Below are positions 1 through 12,110 of a stretch of DNA of 64,000 bases, in pieces. The notes under the pieces were generated by a model. It saw only the letters and a list, made by a program, of their open reading frames with translations. It did not search any database and was not told where the DNA came from. The position numbers were made by a program, and so were the translations under genes. Within the stretch, counting starts at the first letter, position 1. The number at the start of each line of letters is the position of its first letter. The stretch spans positions 50,222,001 to 50,286,000 of the forward strand of contig NC_045707.1 of NCBI RefSeq assembly GCF_009834535.1, read 5' to 3'. This stretch comes from Camelus ferus (Eukaryota).

Positions 1-545
1 CTTGTTCATTTTATATATGGTAGTGTGCATCTGTTAATTCCATACTCCTAGTTTATTCCTCCCCCTGCCCTTTCCCCTTTGGTAGCCATAAATTTGTTTT
101 CTATGTTTGTGAGTCTGTTTCTGTTTTGTAAATAAGTTCATTTGTGTCATTTTTTTAGATTTCACATATAAATGACATGATATTTGTCTTTCTCTGTCTG
201 ACCTACTTCACTTAGTATGATAATCTCTAGGTCCACCCATGTTGTTGCAAATGACATTATTTTTTCTTTTTTTATGGCTGAGTAGTATTTCATTCCATTG
301 TGGTATTTAAATACCACATCTTCTTTACCCATTCATCCCTCAATGGACATTGAGGTTGTTTCCATGTCTTTGCTATTGTAACTAGTGCTGCTATGAACGT
401 TGGGGTGCATGTATCTTTCCAAATTAGAGTTTTTTCTGGATACATGCCCAGGAGTGGGATTCCTGGATCATATGGTTACTCTATTTTTAGTTTTTTCAAG
501 GAATTTACATAATTTACATAATGACTGCAGCAAACTACATTCCCA
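1..545 (-). mobile_element. LINE-1 3' region (ORF2 end and 3'UTR), cut by the window edge
   Basis: Antisense L1 motifs 'gtgagtctgtttctgttttgtaaataagttcatttg', 'tatggctgagtagtatt' and 'cccaggagtgggatt'. Confidence 0.9.
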
Positions 546-1289
546 TCTAGAAGTCTGTGCTTTCTGACCACCTTCATCCATTTCACCCATCCCCCAACAC
601 CTGGTAACCCCCAGAGGTTATTAAAAACTACTGTTATTAAAACTAACAAGGGTGTTAATGAGCCTGACAACCAAAATATCCTGTATTTCCTATACAAAAA
701 GTCCTTGTTGGCAAAGGTCAAAGGATTTTCATAGAATGACCTCATTTAAATGTGTACACTCTGTCAAAAAATGTTTGCCCTACACTTCCATTTGTAATTG
801 CTGACATGTATTCTATGTTACTTAGAGATATTTCTGAGGGGATAGTGTTAATAGAAATATAATCAAGTACAGTATCTGTAGGAATTAGAGATACGAAGGA
901 TTGGCTAACTTTTCACATAGAAGGTGAAGGATTGGCTGGCTTTTCACAATTTAGTCAGATTGCTTCCCTCTGGACATCTCAACTATTTGAAGGGAGAAAG
1001 GATTTTTACTGTAGGGAGAGACAAAGGAAGGGAGCACTTTGGAAGGCTGGGATGTAGTGGTTGCAACTAAGGGGTGTGGATCAGTACAAATGTGATGAGT
1101 TCCTGGAGAAGACGTACAGGAGCTGTGTAAACAGTGTATGGAGTGGGTGATGGTGCTGAAGACAAGGTCTTGGGCTGGTCTTGACTTCAGGAATTGAGGA
1201 GAAAATTTCCTATTCCTCTTGCTTCCGTATTCCTCAAAGCCCATCACGTTGGAGTTCTTAGCATAGGTTAGATACATTATGACATACAA

Positions 1290-1575
1290 TAGTATTTTCC
1301 CAAATATGTTCTTTGTTTCATTAATGTCTCAAAATGTTCAGATGTTAGAGATAAGGAGTAAAATAAATCTGACAAATATAATATATTAAATTCTACTTTT
1401 TATTGATGCATATTAGTAACAATGTGTTGAAGACTTTAAGAAATACTATAGTAAAGACATTATTCCCTCTTTTTAAAATCCAATGCTTGTCAATTCTGTT
1501 TAAAGATAGAATTATTTCCCTCTATAAAGTGTTTTAACATGCTCATAAAACTGGCTTTCACTTGAGAAAAGCTGA
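1290..1575. mobile_element. Degraded hAT-Charlie-type non-autonomous DNA transposon
   Basis: End 'ttttcccaaatatgttc' and internal 'aagaaatactatagtaaaga' resemble hAT-Charlie MER consensus recalled from memory. Subfamily uncertain. Confidence 0.4.
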
Positions 1576-1769
1576 GTTAGTTGGCTCAATTCAACCTGTA
1601 GTTATGTGTATGTGTGTATATATATATGTATGCATGCATATGCTAAGTATCTTGGACAGATACAAAGATATGTTAGATATGGTATTGGTTTCAGAAAATT
1701 AATAGGCACAATGGGGAATATAAAAATGGTACACAAAAATATTATATGAAGTAGAAAGAGATAAGGGCT

Positions 1770-2300
1770 GTATCAGTATTTCCACTGGAAATAACAAAGC
1801 CCAGCTCAAAGTGGCTTGAATGGTAAGAGGGAATGATTGACTTAAGTAACTGGCAAGTTCAGAGGGAGAGCAGGCTTAAGGAGCTTGTTCTATCAGGATC
1901 CTGGCTCTATTTCTCCTGCCCTCCTCTGGGTGTCAATTTCATGCTGGCTTTCTTGATGGGAACAACATGTCTTTCCACCAACATGAGTCATATTATCCTT
2001 AACTTTCAAGTCCAGGAAAAGAACGTCCCCTCCTACAGCCATTGGTCAAAAGTCCTAAGATTTGTGCTGACTGGACCCCTCCTGAAACAGTCCATATGGC
2101 CAGGAAAATGCCAAATACCTGCTGGTTTAGGACCAAGTTACCTGGATCAAAGACTAGGTCAACAGAGATGAGATTACTCTGATCAGCACAGACTCCACTC
2201 CAGGAAATAGGGGTGGGCTCAATCTCACTGGAACCCTATGGCCATTACCACAGATCGGAGAGGGTAGAAGGGATGTGGGGGGAAATAACCACAATGTCCA
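1770..2300 (-). mobile_element. MaLR LTR (old MLT1, MLT1K-like)
   Basis: 'cccagctcaaagtggcttgaa...taactggcaagttcag' and 'gctgactggacccctcctgaaacag' are typical of old MLT1 LTRs. Confidence 0.6.
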
Positions 2301-3249
2301 CCATGGAAGGACCACAAAGAGTGCTTTAGACCTGTGGATCCAGTGATGGGTTCCATCTGTTGAGAATCTTGGAGTAGGTTTTGATCTGGTTGCTAAGGGC
2401 ACGAGTTGGCTGTGGATATGAAGGAGAGGAGGGGTAAAGGGCTTTCCAGGAGGAGGGAGCTGCATGAGTCAAGTCAGAGGGGCAGGGCATGGAGGAGCGT
2501 GAGTGGAGTGCTCTTAGGCAGATCCATTTGGATGGAATAATCACAACAATGTTTTTATGGGAAAATTCCCTCTGTGTTCCAAGTACTTAAAAAATGAGGT
2601 TTTGAAACTCAACCCATTAGTAATTTTGGGAACTCCCTGCTCTTTTGGTGACAGTGGTAGCCCTACTGCCATTTCTGATTGTTTATGTTTATGTTTCATA
2701 TGTTTATGTTTACATAAACTTGGTACATCCATGCAGAATCTTTTTAGGAAAACTATAGACTTGTTTGAAAAGATGCCAGGTTAGTGCAGGATTGACCAGT
2801 GCCACATTTTATAGCAAAGTATTTGTTGACAGAAATAAAATGAATTCCTTTCTACTCCCTAAGGACCTCTTGCTGTTTGTATATTATTATATGTAATAAT
2901 TTAGATTAGACATAAAATGCAGTTTTAAAAGTCAGATTTTGGAAGGGATGCTGTAAATTTTCCTGTACTAAGTGTTTAGCATTTTGAGTAACTAAAAAGA
3001 CCATCATCCTGTTCTTAATTTAACATAAATCGCCTAGACAAAATTTTACAGCTGTTAATAGACTGAAGTACATTAACAGTATGAATTAAGGAAAAAAGAA
3101 GAGGTGTATGCTTTTGTGTATGGAGAAACCAGATGTGCAGTTACCTACCTGGAAACAGGAAAATAGACCAGTGGATGCTCTAGTATATTTTGAGCTTTTT
3201 AAAATTTCTCCTTGATTTTTTCTTTTCATTTTTTAAAAGAGGTCTTCAT

Positions 3250-3650
3250 ATTTCTTTATTTAGTTTAGTTTTTTGTTTGCTTATTTTCGCTTTTTTAATT
3301 GAGGTATAGTTGATTTACTATTTAGCCATTAAAAAAAGAATGAAATCTTGCCATTTGCAACAACATGGATGGACTTGGAGGGTATGATGCTAAGTAAGGT
3401 AAGTCAGCCAGAGAAAGACAAATACTTCATGATATCACTTATATGTGGAATCTAAAAAATGAAACAAATGAGTAAGTATAAGAAAAAGAGACAGACTCAC
3501 AGATCTAGAGGACAAACTAGTGATTACCAGTGGAGAGAGGGAAGGGGGAGGGGCATGGTGGGGGTAGAGGATTAGGAGGTACAAACCACCATGTATAAAA
3601 TAAATAAGATACAAAGATTTACTGTACGGTGCAGGGAATATAGCCAATAT
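3250..3650 (-). mobile_element. 5'-truncated, 5'-inverted LINE-1 insertion
   Basis: Minus-strand L1 terminus 'ttttttaattgaggtatagttgatttac' (3291-3318) with a T-rich tail, joined to a plus-oriented L1 segment 'gccattaaaaaaagaatgaaatcttgccatttgc...ggaatatagccaatat' (3320-3650). Confidence 0.85.
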
Positions 3651-6600
3651 CTTTCCATTTTCCAATCATTTTAATTTATGCATTTCTTCTTTTCCTTAAA
3701 AATCTAGCCTAGCATTCTATGAACCTTCCTATGAAGCAACCACAGGACATTTTTAAGGGACTCAAGTCAGTCCTTATCACTGCCTTTGATGTATAGTCCA
3801 GTCTGTCCCTGAATAGCTCCCAGCTTTGGTAGTGGTCATTCTGTTTCCTCACTAGTTGACTCAAAATCCGTAATTACCTCTAGGTCCAAAGGAGAGGATT
3901 AACAGACCTTATCCTAATTGCTTATTTTTGTAGAGTTGTTAAAAAAGATTTGGGCTCCAGAAACTGAGGGTGTAGCCAGACAGAAGGCAGCCTGGAGTTC
4001 AAAAGTCTTGTAATCTTTGGCTCCACAGGCCTATAAAATTGAAGTGTTGACTGAATGCAAACAGCCTGCAGTCTGAGAGGCCCAGGCCCAAGGAAGGACG
4101 AGGGCCCCATGGGTCATCTGAAGAGGCGGGCGGGCAGGTGGTTCATAACAATTCTGGACTGACCTATGAATGGACGGCTCCATTTGATCTCCTCTTCCTC
4201 GTGGATGCTGGAGCTCTCTGCCACACAACAAAGCTTCTCTTAGTTCCCGTGTTCCTGGAATTTAAGAATAAATGAGGTCTCTTGCAAAGGCCTGGCATGA
4301 GAGGAATAAATTGCAAATATTAAGGGATGTTGGTGCAGTAATAATGCACTTTTGTTTCCTGGTGCCACTCGAGGTAATGATTATAGGCTTGTAATTTGTG
4401 AGCAAGAAGATTAAGTTCAATATTAAAATGTTATTACAGGCAAGTAGGAGCAGGGGGCTCTTTTGGGAAAATGCAGGAGATCAGTCACCTTCTCACCTCA
4501 GAGTATTATAGGTTACCGGAGGTGATAAGATTTAACAAGTATGGAAAGTTTTGCAGGTGAGAAAACTGCTGCTGGAAGCTCTTTCAAGTGACTTTCTTAA
4601 CAACAAAACTTGCTTTCTCACTCTCCACGGGGTTCTTAGGAAATCCCTGGGTATCTTTACAAAGGAAATTTTTAGTTTTAAAGCATAAACTACATGTTAT
4701 ACCTGATTGATTTGTGGAATAAAAGATACATTATTTAAGAAGATGTAATACAATACCGTATTAAAGCTGGTTATAAAAAAAAGTTAAAAGAACAATGGAG
4801 ACGGAATTTTTTTTTAAACTAGGCAGAAATTACAAAGGAACAATCGATGGTTATACTCTGTTTCCTTTTCTTTCTAAGCTGCATTTTTTGTCAGCAAGAT
4901 AATTTTCAATGATTTTAGCAGAAATCTATTTTAAGTAACTTTGAAAAAAGTATAAATGAAAATAAATAATTTAAGATGTTTCCAATAAATCTGTTTTTTT
5001 CCCCTTCTTCCTCTTCAGAGGAAGAATCTGTTTTAGAAAATCTTTGTTTTATATTATATTCATATTTTGCTTAAAAATAGGTACATTCTACTTAGTATTT
5101 AGACTTTTATGAAGTCTGGAGATTTCCTAAAATTATGTCTATATTATCAACCCCTACACATTATTACATTTAAGTTTCTCTAAAGAAAAAAACAGAGTTT
5201 TATACCTAAGGGCATATTTCTTACAACTTGAACTCATTTGTGATCTTTTAAAACAAAAAAACTAAAATAATTTAAGGTACAAATTTATGAAGAGAGAAAT
5301 CCTTTTTAGGGAGCTTTGATTATTCCCATCTTTTACCCCCATAAACAAGCACTTCTGAATCTGTTATATTCTAGACAGCACTGTCTCTTTGACGATGTGT
5401 CTTGCATTGGCAAGATTCTGACTTCCTGAACCCTGGAAAATTTTTTCAACACCTATCGAAAGTCTCAGAAAGTAATTCCTGCCGTTATCCATTTAGAAGG
5501 AACGTCTTAATTCTAAATGGAATGACTGACTAATCTGCAAAAAATTATGTCAATTCTGCATATTTTTGGACCCAAGTCTCTGACAGCAGCTCTTTCTCCA
5601 ACCCCAGGACATTGGTACTACAGGTAGTCAGAGAGAGTGGTTGGATGAAACGTGTGACTTGTGTGGCAGGATTCAGGACTTAACTCACGTGACAATTTGG
5701 GTGTACAGAGAAACACAGCTGATCTACTATGTCTATAGCCTGTCCCCTTCTAGAGCTCCCACCTGCCGGTTTGTGACAAACCTTAACTAAATTTCCAGTA
5801 TGTTTTAAAATTAGTTCAATCTGACAATTTAAAGGACCCCTTTAGGTTATATTCAGTCTCTCATATAAATAAAAATATTCAGTGTCAGAGTTTCTATTTC
5901 CTCTTGCCCTGTTTCTAACATTGAGTGGCTGTGAGAGGAAAGGTGAGTGTTGCTCAAACTTGTGCAGCCCTGAGACGAAGATTTGGAGGTATTTACTGTG
6001 TGATGTCTTCTGAGCTCCAAGGTCATGGCCGTTGATTGCTGAATTCCCTCCTGGCTCTCAGAGCTGAGATCTGCAGCATATGAAACTATGGGCTGTTCTT
6101 TTGGCTCAGGAAATGCTACCAGCGTGGACTCAGGCTGTTTTGCGTCAACCACCCAGTCTCTAGCAGTTCCCCCACCTGGCTTTCTGTTCTGGGGGTCCTC
6201 CTCAGCTGTGGAATCCTTATGCTTTGCTGTGGTGGGCTCCATGGTTGGCATCTTGAATTTCACTCTGGATCCAAGCAACAGGGAAATGCAGGTGGCTTGG
6301 GAACGCTAAATCTCAAGGCTTTTCTACCTACCCACACTGCTAAGGTTTCTCTGAGTGGCTGAGCTGCAGACTGGATGCTCTACTAAGTGGTCTCCTTTCA
6401 GAGTCTAAATTGGGGGTAGCTGATCTCATTGGTGACATATTATCTCCTTTCCTGGTGGAAGCCAAAATGCAAAAAATTGAAGTGTCATGATTACTTTTTT
6501 CTTCTCTTCTGTTTTTCACCAATCTTATGTCCAGAAAAGGACAAACTTTCTTTTACTCCCTTTACGATATACCCTCTGTTGGCTATAGAAATGGCTTAGC

Positions 6601-6989
6601 TGTGAGAGGATAGGCAATCCTTCCATATCATGGTAGAACTCTGTGCTCTAAATCCTCCAGATTCAATTCTTGGTATCCTAAAGGAAACATTAAAGTGATC
6701 TGGAAAATCTCTCTATGCAGTATGTCTGGCGAGGCTGTTGTCTTAGCACATTACCCTGTTTTGCATCTCAGAAACTACTTATAACTTTCCTACACCCTGA
6801 ATTTGCTCTGCAAAAAATACCTATGTTTAACTTGCATGAACAGTATCCCAGTCAGTGGCGACCTCACTTTGAGGAGCTGGGGAAATGAGCTGAGATATGT
6901 TGGGTCTGTTCTTTTTTTCTGTGACCCATGGCTTCAGCAATATTCTTGACATTTTGCTAATTAAAATGGAAACTAAATGTGTCCTTATT

Positions 6990-7035
6990 ATGTGTGTGTG
7001 TGTGTGTGTCTATGTATGTGTATGTGTGTCTGTGT

Positions 7036-7088
<53 letters not shown>

Positions 7089-7103
7089 TATACACATACA
7101 TAT
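6990..7103 (+). repeat. Compound microsatellite (TG)n / (CATATA)n
   Basis: Directly visible: tgtgtgtg... followed by catatacatata... Confidence 0.97.
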
Positions 7104-7109
7104 ATTCTC

Positions 7110-7420
7110 TTTTGGCCAAAATATAGCCTGCTCAAATGTTCACCATCTATTTTACCTCCCACTTCATTAATCGCTTTCTATTACCTAATCCTTCTTTATC
7201 TTTATAGCACTTAGTCTTAGTGAACGTATGTATTTTTATTTGCTTGCCTGCTTATTTTCTGTTTCTCTCACTATGATATAAACTTGAAAAGAGGAAGGTT
7301 TTATGTGTTTTGTTCAGCATCGTATTCCAATGCCTTAAACAGGATATGCTCATATTAGGGACTCAATAAATATATGTTGAATAAATGAATTTATAAATAA
7401 ACGCATGAATGAATAAATCT
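7110..7420 (+). mobile_element. L2 3' end
   Basis: L2 tail 'actcaataaatatatgttgaataaatgaa...tgaatgaataaa', preceded by 'ttttgttcagcatcgtattccaatgcct'. Confidence 0.8.
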
Positions 7421-9859
7421 ATATCCAGACTCTCCAGTCAGATGACTTTTGCTTTTCCTTCTAGGTTTAAGGTCTCTCCATAGGCTTATTAACAACAGCT
7501 GATTGTCAATGATATTACTCTAGATGATTAAATGGTCATATTCATTGAGCTTAATTCTTTATTTCAAAATGTTTTTGAGCCTGAAAAGCTCATTAGCCTG
7601 TTCTCTGGGATTGGAGAAGTGGTATCCTGTTTGTGGAATCAATGGAAGATAAATTTATGCAACATTCAACAAATGCTATAAGCTCTTAATAACACCCTAT
7701 TCATTTATTCATCACTACATTTTGGTGCCAGCACCACTACTGGACACATAGTAAGCATTCATTCATGTTTATTGAATTGGTTCAGTATAAAAAGTGAGTT
7801 CAAAACTTCCAGTTGTGCTTTAAGTCTTTGCATAAATTATCCAAAGTCACTAAACCCCAGATAAAAGTATACTGTTCATGGTATGTTTACTCTAAAAAAC
7901 AAAGATTATAAATTCTAGTCTGCTTTACTTTGTCTTAATTTAGGTCCTGTTGTTGAGGCATTTCGTAGCCAGCTAGAAAAAGCCATTGTCAGTAAGTTCC
8001 TTACCATTGACACTTCAGTTTAAACTGTGCTTCGTTCCAACATGCTAGCTGGTTTTAGAGCAGCAGAACAGAACTAGTCACAAATCATTCAGGAAGCCCT
8101 TGTTACGGTGGTTGAGGATTGGCACACTCACTTGTTGACTGCATGGGATGACTGATGACTTCAACCTCCTATGCTTGAAGGGGTTGGCCACAAGAATTGT
8201 CCAGCTATCCAGGAGTAAGTTGTTCCAGGCCTGTTTCTACAATGAACACAAGTGCTCTCTGCTTTCTCCTGATCATGGCTGTGAGTCATCTCAGCTGCAT
8301 TCCCCTAGCCATTTGGCTCTCTCGGAAAGGCCTCACCTGTGTTTAGGGCCCGGGCCTGGGGAACTGAGATCTGGCCAAATCACCATGGCCACATGACTGC
8401 TGACATATTCCGGCATTTCTCCAGTTGTTCAGTGAAGCAATCCACCTGAGTTATCCTAACTCACTGACGATGCCAGTAGTGCAGTTTGGGGAACATTTCA
8501 GCCCCATAGATTTAGACATGGAGTCAGATCGTGCTGTTACTGTCTGCTGATGGTTTGCTGGCATAAAAGTTACACTAATTTTCCATCAGTGTAGTGTGTA
8601 TATAGTTCATACATAGTAGGCCACTTAAAGCAAAGAGGGGCTGATGGAGAAAAGTCACTTTGTTCAATTAAGAAATGTGTATTAAACACCTATTTGTTAT
8701 CAACCACTGCACTCAGTAGCCGAGAGGGATACAAGGAGAGCAAAAAATGATTCTTAGACTCATGAATGTATCTAATATTAGCTATTTTTATATTTGCATA
8801 TAAATAGTACATATTTTGACATGAGAAGACAATTTGTACTTTTTGTTTGCATGTGATATGGGATAAGAGGTTTGCCTTAGACTACAAAGCGTTAAGGAAG
8901 ATTGCTGATTGATGACTTTTTTTGGTCTTTTGGAACATATAGCATCTCCTAACATTTCTTTTGTTCAAGTACCAGAGCCATTAAATATAGCACTTAAAAT
9001 TGCATAATAGAAATGTGTGGGTTTTACTGAAACAAATTAAATAAAACTAAAATATTAAAACGTGAGTTATTGAATGGGAAGTGTATCTGTTTTTTAAACA
9101 TTCTTTGACATTTATTTTCTTTGGATCTTTTTTTTTTTTTTTTTTTTTTGCTTTCTTTCTTAATGTTGAAAGTACCCAGAAGAAAATCCTATCTGTGGAG
9201 ACGTATTTTATTCTTTGCTGAAGCCTGCATGGTTTTCACAGTTCCTTTCCGTGTCCAATGTAATAAGGATGATATTTTTAACTTCAAACTCTTGATGATT
9301 ATTTTTATTTCTCAGGAAAATCCTTTTTTCCACCCTTCTATCCTGCTCACCAGCAGAGAGAAAACAGCACCTTATAAGTCTTCCTTTTTGCCTACGGCAT
9401 GTTTCATAATGCCAGTGTGCTTCACTTCAGCTCCGCTTCCAAATTTAATTCATTTGTTAGGCCTATTTTTACCTTGAGACATGAAATCTGAATGTGTTGC
9501 TAAACTATCAGAGAAAGTGCTTTTCTTTGTGCCTTCCATCTAAGGCAATGTGTGCTTTCCTAATGGTATTATTTATAGCTGTGGGCTGTGACAACGAAGC
9601 ACAGACCGGCTGCCTACATCACATGTCACACTTTTTTTTTTTTGGTTGGAGTAGTTAGTCATTAGTACTGAATTGTCTGGTCACGAGCAGGGAGAGAGCG
9701 AAAATGCAAAATTAAATATACTTCATTTTCACAGTTCTGCTGTGAAATCTGTGGAGGAAATCCCTGAGAGGTGTAACCTGACCAAAGGGTTGCAGGTATA
9801 TGGTGTTACTCAGCATCTCTTGCCTCATCCCTTCTGCCCTGGAAGTCTGTGTTTGTGAC

Positions 9860-10220
9860 CGTATTAGTCAGGATAGGCTAGTTTATGCTGCAGTAACAAA
9901 CAACCTTCCCATCCCACTTTCCAAATCTCAGTGATTAATCCTCTACACCATATCCTTTTGTATTGGCTGTTGCTCCATTTCCTGTCATTGGATGGAGCAA
10001 CCTTTATCTGGAACACTTGGTCCTCCTAGCCAAAGGAAAAGAAGCATGGTGGACCACTTGCCGGATCGGAAAGCCTCTGTGTGACATACCTCATTTCTAT
10101 TTACATTTCACTGGCTAAAGCAAGTCACATGATCACTTCTGAGTTCGTCAGATCAGTATATATATATATTCCTCCTTCAGGTAGGAGTACCAGGATATTT
10201 GGTGAACAAACTACCATAGT
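9860..10220 (-). mobile_element. MaLR LTR (MLT1J/L-like)
   Basis: 'tattagtcaggataggctag...tgctgcagtaacaaacaacc...aaatctcagtg' and 'cactggctaaagcaagtcacatg'. Confidence 0.75.
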
Positions 10221-10499
10221 GGGGATTTATTTACCTTCATTTGACAATAGTCAACAGAAAGTAAAAAATTTTCGGACAGGGACTGAATCTGGTGACTGAA
10301 TTTGGCAAAGAACTAGTATCTTTTCTTTTTCTTTAATTTTTATTTTTTGAGGGGAATTAGAAATGAGGTAGAAGGCCTCATTGTTTTGAAGATTAAGCCC
10401 TTGAAGGCCAATTTCTAGTGTATTTACATACACGTTATATCTGTATTCATTATAACTTCAGGGTGTCCAGAGTTTTCATGACTGTTATTTTGTCCTTGC

Positions 10500-11270
10500 T
10501 TATGTATCCAGACTCATCTCTCACCACACTCCTGCCTCTGACTCTAGGCTCTGGCTGCAATGAACTATTTCCTATTCTAGGACTTCCCTTGGTACACCTT
10601 TTAGTTTTGCCTTGTTTGGCCAACTCCTCCCATCCATTAGAACTTAAAGTCAATATCACTTTTCCTAGTCTTAGTCAGGTGCCACTATGTTCTAAAAGAA
10701 GGCTGTCCATGTTTATCTTTACCATAACATTAATCCCATGGAAATATTATTTATCAGTTTTTCACATTGTATACAATTCATCATTGCCCTGGGAGGCCCA
10801 CAACTGAGCCTGATTTTGCATCACTCTCCTCCACTGACCCTGATGTTCCAGCCACACTGGCCTTCTTTGTTTCGTATAAATAAACCCAATTTGACTACAT
10901 CTTAGTACCCTCCCACTATCCATTCCTGCTGCCTGTTCTCTCTCGTCTTCAGAACACTGGCCCTTTTTTTCATTCTGGTCTTAGCTTAAGTATCAGTCCC
11001 TGAGAGATGCCTTTCTTGAATCCTCAGTCTAAAGGAGCCACCCAGACTCTGGCTATCATATCACCCTGTCTTTGCATAGCCCTTATCACCACCAAGTACC
11101 TTCTTATTCATTCATTTGTTTATTATCCGCCTCCTTCTATTAGAATATAAGCCTCAAGAGAGCAGAATCTTTCTGTTCTGGTTACTTCTGTCTTACTAAG
11201 GACAGTGTTAGTTATTATTACTGTTAAGTAGTCAATAAATAGCTGTTGATTTTTGAATGAGTTCATGAGA
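10500..11270 (+). mobile_element. L2 fragments
   Basis: 'ccagccacactggccttctt', 'tagaatataagcctcaagagagcag', 'agtcaataaatagctgttga'. Confidence 0.7.
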
Positions 11271-11924
11271 TTATAGTAGTTTTTCAAAATCAAGGTTAAT
11301 GCTTTCATTGTTGTAAGCATTCAATAAATATTTATTATTAAATACACCAGTGAAATTCTAGAGGTTCTTCAAAATCCATGTGAAATCTTATCTTCTGTTG
11401 AAAATTTTCACCCATACTATCAATCTTTCATAGCACTTCTTAATATTTTTTAATCTAGTCATAATATCTTCTCATAGTATTTCTATTGATTTCTGTATGC
11501 CTCTGACAATGACAGTGTCTTTTACTTTAACTCCCCCTTTGACACTTAGCAAAAGTTTAGAAAAATATATTTTGGGGTAGATTTTTATTCTATTGGTGGA
11601 TTGTGTCAGAAGACTTTGTCAGGCAAAGTATTACTGTCATAGATTACTCATATCAAAAATGAATTTAACAAGTCAAAGACTCCTACAAAGATCTTGAATC
11701 ACTCAGACCAAATTTTCATGACCTTCTATGACAGCCTGGAGAGTTAATTTCCATGACTCTATGGAAATTACTTGAGATGGACTATTAAGAAGATACCATA
11801 TGATTTGGTAATCACTGAAGAAAACTTTTCCATAGTTGGATTCAAGCCTAATTTCTTACTCTTGCAAATGAAACATGCATCAGATTATGGTTTTAACACA
11901 TTTCCACTTCACTACCAAGGTATA

Positions 11925-12110
11925 TAGCCTTATACAAGTTAGTGACTTCTCTGTGTCTTGGTTTCTTCATCTCTAGGTAGGAGATGATAATAGTATTTAC
12001 CTCTCAGAGTTAAGAGGATTCAATATGTTAATATATGTAAGTACTTAGAATATTGTCAGGAAAAGAGCAAGGTGCTACACATCTGTTAGCTATCATCATC
12101 ATTATTTTTA
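11925..12110 (+). mobile_element. MIR
   Basis: MIR core 'caagttagtgacttctctgtgtcttggtttcttcatct...gataatagtatttacctc'. Confidence 0.8.

Larger units (their letters stand above)
5364..8445 (-). pseudogene. Candidate decayed multi-exon gene (exon-like blocks 8445-8337, 8236-8132, 8048-8005, 6677-~5853)
   Basis: AG/GT-bounded blocks separated by 100-nt and 83-nt introns. A strong acceptor at 6678-6679 precedes a repeat-free ~800-nt stretch with 60-aa and 141-aa open frames broken by stops. Product not identified. Confidence 0.3.

Noticed and set aside
895..948. 23-bp direct repeat with 31-bp period
   Set aside because: Only two copies; an ordinary local duplication, not CRISPR-like.
3141..3165. 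Minus-strand recursive-splice-like site (pyrimidine tract-CAG|GTAGGT)
   Set aside because: Non-consensus donor and no established host intron.
4995..5075. Strong plus-strand acceptor at 5018
   Set aside because: The frame stops quickly and no convincing donor follows.
5853..6278. 141-aa ORF as a standalone intact CDS
   Set aside because: Non-ATG start call, low complexity, no recognisable domain. Considered only as part of the candidate pseudogene.
6088..6309. Plus-strand 73-aa ORF starting MGC (myristoylation-like)
   Set aside because: It is the antisense shadow of the longer minus-strand frame, with no promoter or family support.
6897..7214. ORFs with IHIHIH / YIYIYI runs
   Set aside because: They are translations of the (TG)n/(CATATA)n microsatellite running into L2.
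9170..9475. Additional minus-strand coding exon
   Set aside because: Stops in all frames and ambiguous splice boundaries; could not be tied to the 8-kb cluster.
11745..11770. Hairpin with 10-bp stem (taatttccat / atggaaatta)
   Set aside because: About one such stem is expected by chance in 64 kb, and it is too short for a pre-miRNA.
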